A stretch of 32,000 nucleotides of DNA, from NCBI GenBank assembly GCA_963695235.1, contig OY968778.1, positions 2,389,136-2,421,135 on the forward strand, in the 5' to 3' direction. The notes beneath the pieces were generated by a model that searched no databases, had not been told where the DNA came from, and saw only the letters and a program-made list of their open reading frames with translations. Each line of letters starts with the position of its first letter. Position 1 is the stretch's first letter. Below are positions 28,731-32,000 of this stretch, piece after piece. Position numbers and translations under genes: made by a program. The stretch comes from an uncultured Nitriliruptoraceae bacterium (GTDB lineage Bacteria; Actinomycetota; Nitriliruptoria; Nitriliruptorales; Nitriliruptoraceae).

Positions 28731-29273
28731 GTGGACGACGACGGCACGGGCTGGAACGAGCTCCTGCTGTCGCTCTGGAGTGGCGCGACCCGGGATGCCG
28801 TGGTCACCCGCATCGAAGGGGCGCTGCGAGGCAGGCGAGGTTGGCTCGTCCGTGTCTTCGCCGATCCCGACGGCGTCCGCCCGGAGCTGACCGAGACCGT
28901 CCACGCCGTGGTGCTCGCGGGGATCCGCGACGAGACCGGTGCCGATCTCGACGCACTCGGCAGCCAGGCGGCCTGGGACTGCTACGAGCAGGTCTGGGCC
29001 GCGCTCGGCGACCGCTGGGCCGACGGAGGCTCGCTCGCCTCCGTGCCGCTCACGAAGGAGCCGTCGGTCGACGCCTTCGTCCGGACGCTGCCCACCGAGG
29101 CTGCGGTGTGCGCCGGTGCGGACGTCCTCGACGGCCGGGTGGACCCGTTGTGGCTCCGAGGCAGGCTGCGCGTGGACGTCGACGGCCTGCGCGCGTACCT
29201 GGCCCTGGACGGTGGGCTCGCCCCGGAGGCGGTCCACACGACGATCATGCGCATCCTGCGGGAGGCGAGTTGA
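28731..29273 (+). CDS. Hypothetical protein
   Basis: 180 aa, VDDDGTGWNELLLSLWSGATRDAVVTRIEGALRGRRGWLVRVFADPDGVRPEL...; not recognised. Confidence 0.65.
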   Translation: MDDDGTGWNELLLSLWSGATRDAVVTRIEGALRGRRGWLVRVFADPDGVRPELTETVHAVVLAGIRDETGADLDALGSQAAWDCYEQVWAALGDRWADGGSLASVPLTKEPSVDAFVRTLPTEAAVCAGADVLDGRVDPLWLRGRLRVDVDGLRAYLALDGGLAPEAVHTTIMRILREAS

Positions 29274-29294
29274 GCCGGACGCGGGGCCCCGGAC

Positions 29295-29564
29295 TCACCG
29301 ACGCCGCTCGACGAGGAAGCGCCAGGTGCCGTCCTCGTCGCCCGCTTCGACCAGCTGGTGCCGTTGGAGCCGGCACCAGACCGGGACGTCGACCTTCGCC
29401 GCCGGATCCGTGGCGAGCAGGAGCACACGGGCGCCGACCGTGACCTCGGTGACGGCGGAGGCGAGTTCGATCACGGGCATCGGGCAGGCGAGCCCACGTG
29501 CGTCGACGACGCGTTCGTGCGAGCCGCGCTCCGGCATCCGGCGCTCCTGGCGGGGGGCGGCCAC
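29295..29564 (-). CDS. TusA-family sulfurtransferase
   Basis: ERVVDARGLACPMPVIELASAVTEVTVGARVLLLATDPAAKVDVPVWCRLQRHQLVEAGDEDGTWRFLVERR; conserved CPMP motif. The start may be the internal ATG at 29537. Confidence 0.88.
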   Translation of the reverse strand: MAAPRQERRMPERGSHERVVDARGLACPMPVIELASAVTEVTVGARVLLLATDPAAKVDVPVWCRLQRHQLVEAGDEDGTWRFLVERRR

Positions 29565-29573
29565 GGTAGCCAG

Positions 29574-30725
29574 TCAGCGTGCCTGGACCTCGACCGCGTC
29601 CGTGCGCAGCGTCACCGCCCCGCGGTCGACGTCGTAGCTGATCTCGGCGCCGCGGAGCTCCGGGGCCTCGTGGACCGCCACCATCACCGCGGCGATCGCT
29701 GCGTTGACGCCACTGGCGGTCACCGTGACGGTCGCACGCACGTGGGGTCGAGGGTCGCCGGCCGGCCACCAGGCCATGAGGTGGTCGGTGTCGCCGGCGG
29801 AGCGCAGGACGCGATCGAGGTGGTCGGGGGTGACGGCGCGGTCGTCCGGCAGCCGTGCCGTGACCACGATCCGGACCGGATGCTGGTCGTCGGGCACGGT
29901 CCGCGGTGCGGGGCTGCCCGCCGCCTCGACCGCGTCGACCAGCCCGGTCTCGCGGCTGGGGCCGGTGTCGATGGCAACCAGGAGCGTGGCGTCCGGGGCC
30001 GCCCAGGCGAGGTGGGTGGTGGCGGCCCGCAGGCCGGACACGGTGGGGGCCACCGTCGCGATCACGAGGTGGTCCGGGCGGGCGAACGCAGCGACGGCCT
30101 GGTGGGTGCGCCGCGGGTCGTGGTGGACCCGGTCGCCGAGGGCCATGACCTGTGGAGGCAGTGCCGGCTCGCGCGCCCCGGTGCGCAGCACGGTGGCCGG
30201 CTCGTCGTAGGCCTGGCTGAACCGGTGCGCGAGATCGGCCGCCAGCTCGAGGCCGCTCTCGCCGCCGGGCAACAGGTGGTCGTCGGACACGGGGAGCAGC
30301 ACCCGCTGCGCCTGGTCGGTCCCCAGCCGGACGATCGCGAGCGGGGTGGAGGAGCGCCCGACGATCTGGTCGATCAAGGTGCCGAACACGTCGGTCGTCG
30401 AGCTGCTGCCGCGCCAGCCCATGAGGACCAACGTCGCGCCCAGCTCGTCGAGCGCACGCAGCACGCCGTCCGCGGCGCGCTGCGCGGTGACCACCCTCCC
30501 GCGGGCGGTCACGCCGAGGTCGCGCGCGATCTCCTCGGCGAGGGACAGGCCGGACCAGGCGTGCGCCTGCTCGTCGGCCGGTGCATCGGGATGGAGCACG
30601 GTGATGACCTCGACCGTGCCCCCGTCGGACCTGGCGATGTGCGCGGCGCAGGCCAGCAACGGTCGGACCGAGGTCGGGTTGGCGACCGGCACCACGATCC
30701 TGGTCCCAAGCCCCGGTCGCACCAT
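29574..30725 (-). CDS. Universal stress protein family, with a long divergent C-terminal region
   Basis: MVRPGLGTRIVVPVANPTSVRPLLACAAHIARSDGGTVEVITVLHPD...GATLVLMGWRGSSSTTDVFGTLIDQIVGRSSTPLAIVRLG; ATG 30725 chosen over the ORF start 31226. Confidence 0.78.
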   Translation of the reverse strand: MVRPGLGTRIVVPVANPTSVRPLLACAAHIARSDGGTVEVITVLHPDAPADEQAHAWSGLSLAEEIARDLGVTARGRVVTAQRAADGVLRALDELGATLVLMGWRGSSSTTDVFGTLIDQIVGRSSTPLAIVRLGTDQAQRVLLPVSDDHLLPGGESGLELAADLAHRFSQAYDEPATVLRTGAREPALPPQVMALGDRVHHDPRRTHQAVAAFARPDHLVIATVAPTVSGLRAATTHLAWAAPDATLLVAIDTGPSRETGLVDAVEAAGSPAPRTVPDDQHPVRIVVTARLPDDRAVTPDHLDRVLRSAGDTDHLMAWWPAGDPRPHVRATVTVTASGVNAAIAAVMVAVHEAPELRGAEISYDVDRGAVTLRTDAVEVQAR

Positions 30726-30922
30726 GGTTGCTCCTCGTTGCGGGTCCGTCAGCGTAGGAGCCGGGCCGGGCTCGCGCCAGGGATGGTCGGCCGCGCACGC
30801 GCGCTCGCCGTCGTCGCGTGTGCGTCGGGCGGCTTCGCGCCGCACCCGTCCCGCGGGCGTCGCGCGGTACCGTGCGACCCGCGTGGTCGGCAGCCGTGCC
30901 GGTGGTCGCGCGAGGAGGCGAG

Positions 30923-31387
30923 ATGCGGGTCCTTGTGGTGTCGGAGGACGACAAGGAACGTCAACGCGCCTCGAGCGCGCTGCTGCTGCACCCGGGCACC
31001 GAGGTGGTCGAGGTGTCGACCGCCGCCGAGGTGCGCGAGCTCCTGCTGGACGGCTCCAGCTCGTTCGACGTGCTCGTGGTGGACGGCGACCTGCGGCCGC
31101 GCGGCGGCTTCGCCACCCTCTACGACCTCCGGGCGCGTGCGGAGCTCGAGGATCGTCCCGCGGTGCCGGCACTGGTGCTGACCGCCCGGGAGCAGGACCG
31201 CTGGCTCGCGAGCTGGGCGGGCGCAAACGAGGTGCTGCGCAAGCCGGTCGACCCCTTCGAGCTGGCCCGCCGCGTCGCGGGGCTCGAGGGCGCGGACCCG
31301 GCCCCCTACGGCGACGCGGGTGCCGCAGCCGCGCAGGTCGCGGTCGCCACCCGCGAGCATCGCTCCCAGCGCGTCGGCACGGCCTGA
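30923..31387 (+). CDS. Response-regulator receiver domain protein (receiver only)
   Basis: MRVLVVSEDDKERQRASSALLLHPGTEVVEVSTAAEV...FDVLVVDGDLRPRGG...VPALVLTAREQDRWLASWAGANEVLRKPVDPFELARRV. Confidence 0.75.
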   Translation: MRVLVVSEDDKERQRASSALLLHPGTEVVEVSTAAEVRELLLDGSSSFDVLVVDGDLRPRGGFATLYDLRARAELEDRPAVPALVLTAREQDRWLASWAGANEVLRKPVDPFELARRVAGLEGADPAPYGDAGAAAAQVAVATREHRSQRVGTA

Positions 31388-31396
31388 GCGAGGCCC

Positions 31397-32000
31397 TCAG
31401 GCCTCGTCGAGCCCGAGCCGCCGGCAGACCTCCGCCACCTGGGAGGGTGCGATCCCGAGGTGGTCCGCGATGCGGCTCCTGGTCGCGTAGACCGCCGTCC
31501 GTGACACGCCGAGCGCCGTCGCGATCTGACGAGGCGGCGTCCCCCGCGCCAGCGACCGTGCGATCTGGTGCTGGTTGTCGGTGAGTCGGGCGACGAGCGA
31601 GCGGTCCGGCGTTCGCACGTGGTCGGCGGTCGGTATGTGCTCGAGCCGGGACAGGTGCACCGCCGGGGCCTGGCCCGGACGGCCGGCGTCGTGCGCCGCG
31701 AGACGGCGCAGGGAGCCGACCAGCTCGTCGCGTCGGGTCGCGCGCAGGGCACCGTCCTGCGGCGCGAGGGCCTCACGCACGACCTCCAGCAGCGGGTCGT
31801 GGCGGAACGGCTTGGTCACGGTCCTCACCGCCCCGGTGATGACCCCCCGCAGGCGATCGCGCTCGCTGCTCAACGCGGTGACCAGCACGACCGGGACCTG
31901 GGCGAGCGACGGGTCCTCCTGCAACCGTCGCAGGACCTCCCAGCCGTCGAGCCTGGGCATCATCACGTCGAGCAGCACGAGGTCGACGCGGTGCTCGGCC
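31397..32000 (-). CDS. Response regulator with C-terminal LuxR-like HTH, 5' end truncated by the window edge
   Basis: AEHRVDLVLLDVMMPRLDGWEVLRRLQEDPSLAQVPVVLVTAL...VTKPFRHDPLLEVV...LTDNQHQIARSLARGTPPRQIATALGVSRTAVYATRSRIADHLGI. Confidence 0.82.
   Translation of the reverse strand, partial: AEHRVDLVLLDVMMPRLDGWEVLRRLQEDPSLAQVPVVLVTALSSERDRLRGVITGAVRTVTKPFRHDPLLEVVREALAPQDGALRATRRDELVGSLRRLAAHDAGRPGQAPAVHLSRLEHIPTADHVRTPDRSLVARLTDNQHQIARSLARGTPPRQIATALGVSRTAVYATRSRIADHLGIAPSQVAEVCRRLGLDEA

Overview
High-GC, actinobacterial-type chromosomal segment, densely packed with housekeeping genes. I found no phage, transposase, CRISPR, tRNA or rRNA genes, and nothing that looks like a wholly new multi-gene system. 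From left to right: an IclR regulator (truncated at the left edge); a ferritin-like protein; an alpha/beta hydrolase; pabC/pabB; a PduO-type ATP:cob(I)alamin adenosyltransferase; panB; nadE; a nitrogen block (amtB, a GlnA2-like glutamine synthetase, glnE, and an adenylylation-motif-containing glnA on the opposite strand, with hydrolase/HAD/DoxX/YczE-like genes between glnE and glnA); an MscS channel; a minus-strand lipoate/2-oxoacid dehydrogenase operon (lpdA-E2-lipB-lipA); gcvT; glycerate kinase; a HesB/IscA-type protein; a TusA-like protein; a universal stress protein; and two receiver-domain regulators (the last truncated at the right edge). The panB/glnA/glnE/glnA2 and lipA/lipB/E2 neighbourhood resembles known mycobacterial gene order. 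The most notable feature is a 381-bp direct repeat, identical except for 3 bases, that encodes the N-terminal lipoyl domain plus acidic linker of both the E2 acyltransferase and the adjacent dihydrolipoamide dehydrogenase. Secondary observations are strong intergenic hairpins (17652-17748 and 9959-10004), and 11-bp-phased AAC-type half-sites upstream of amtB and glnA that resemble GlnR boxes. All homology calls come from recognising protein motifs by eye; no database search was run.
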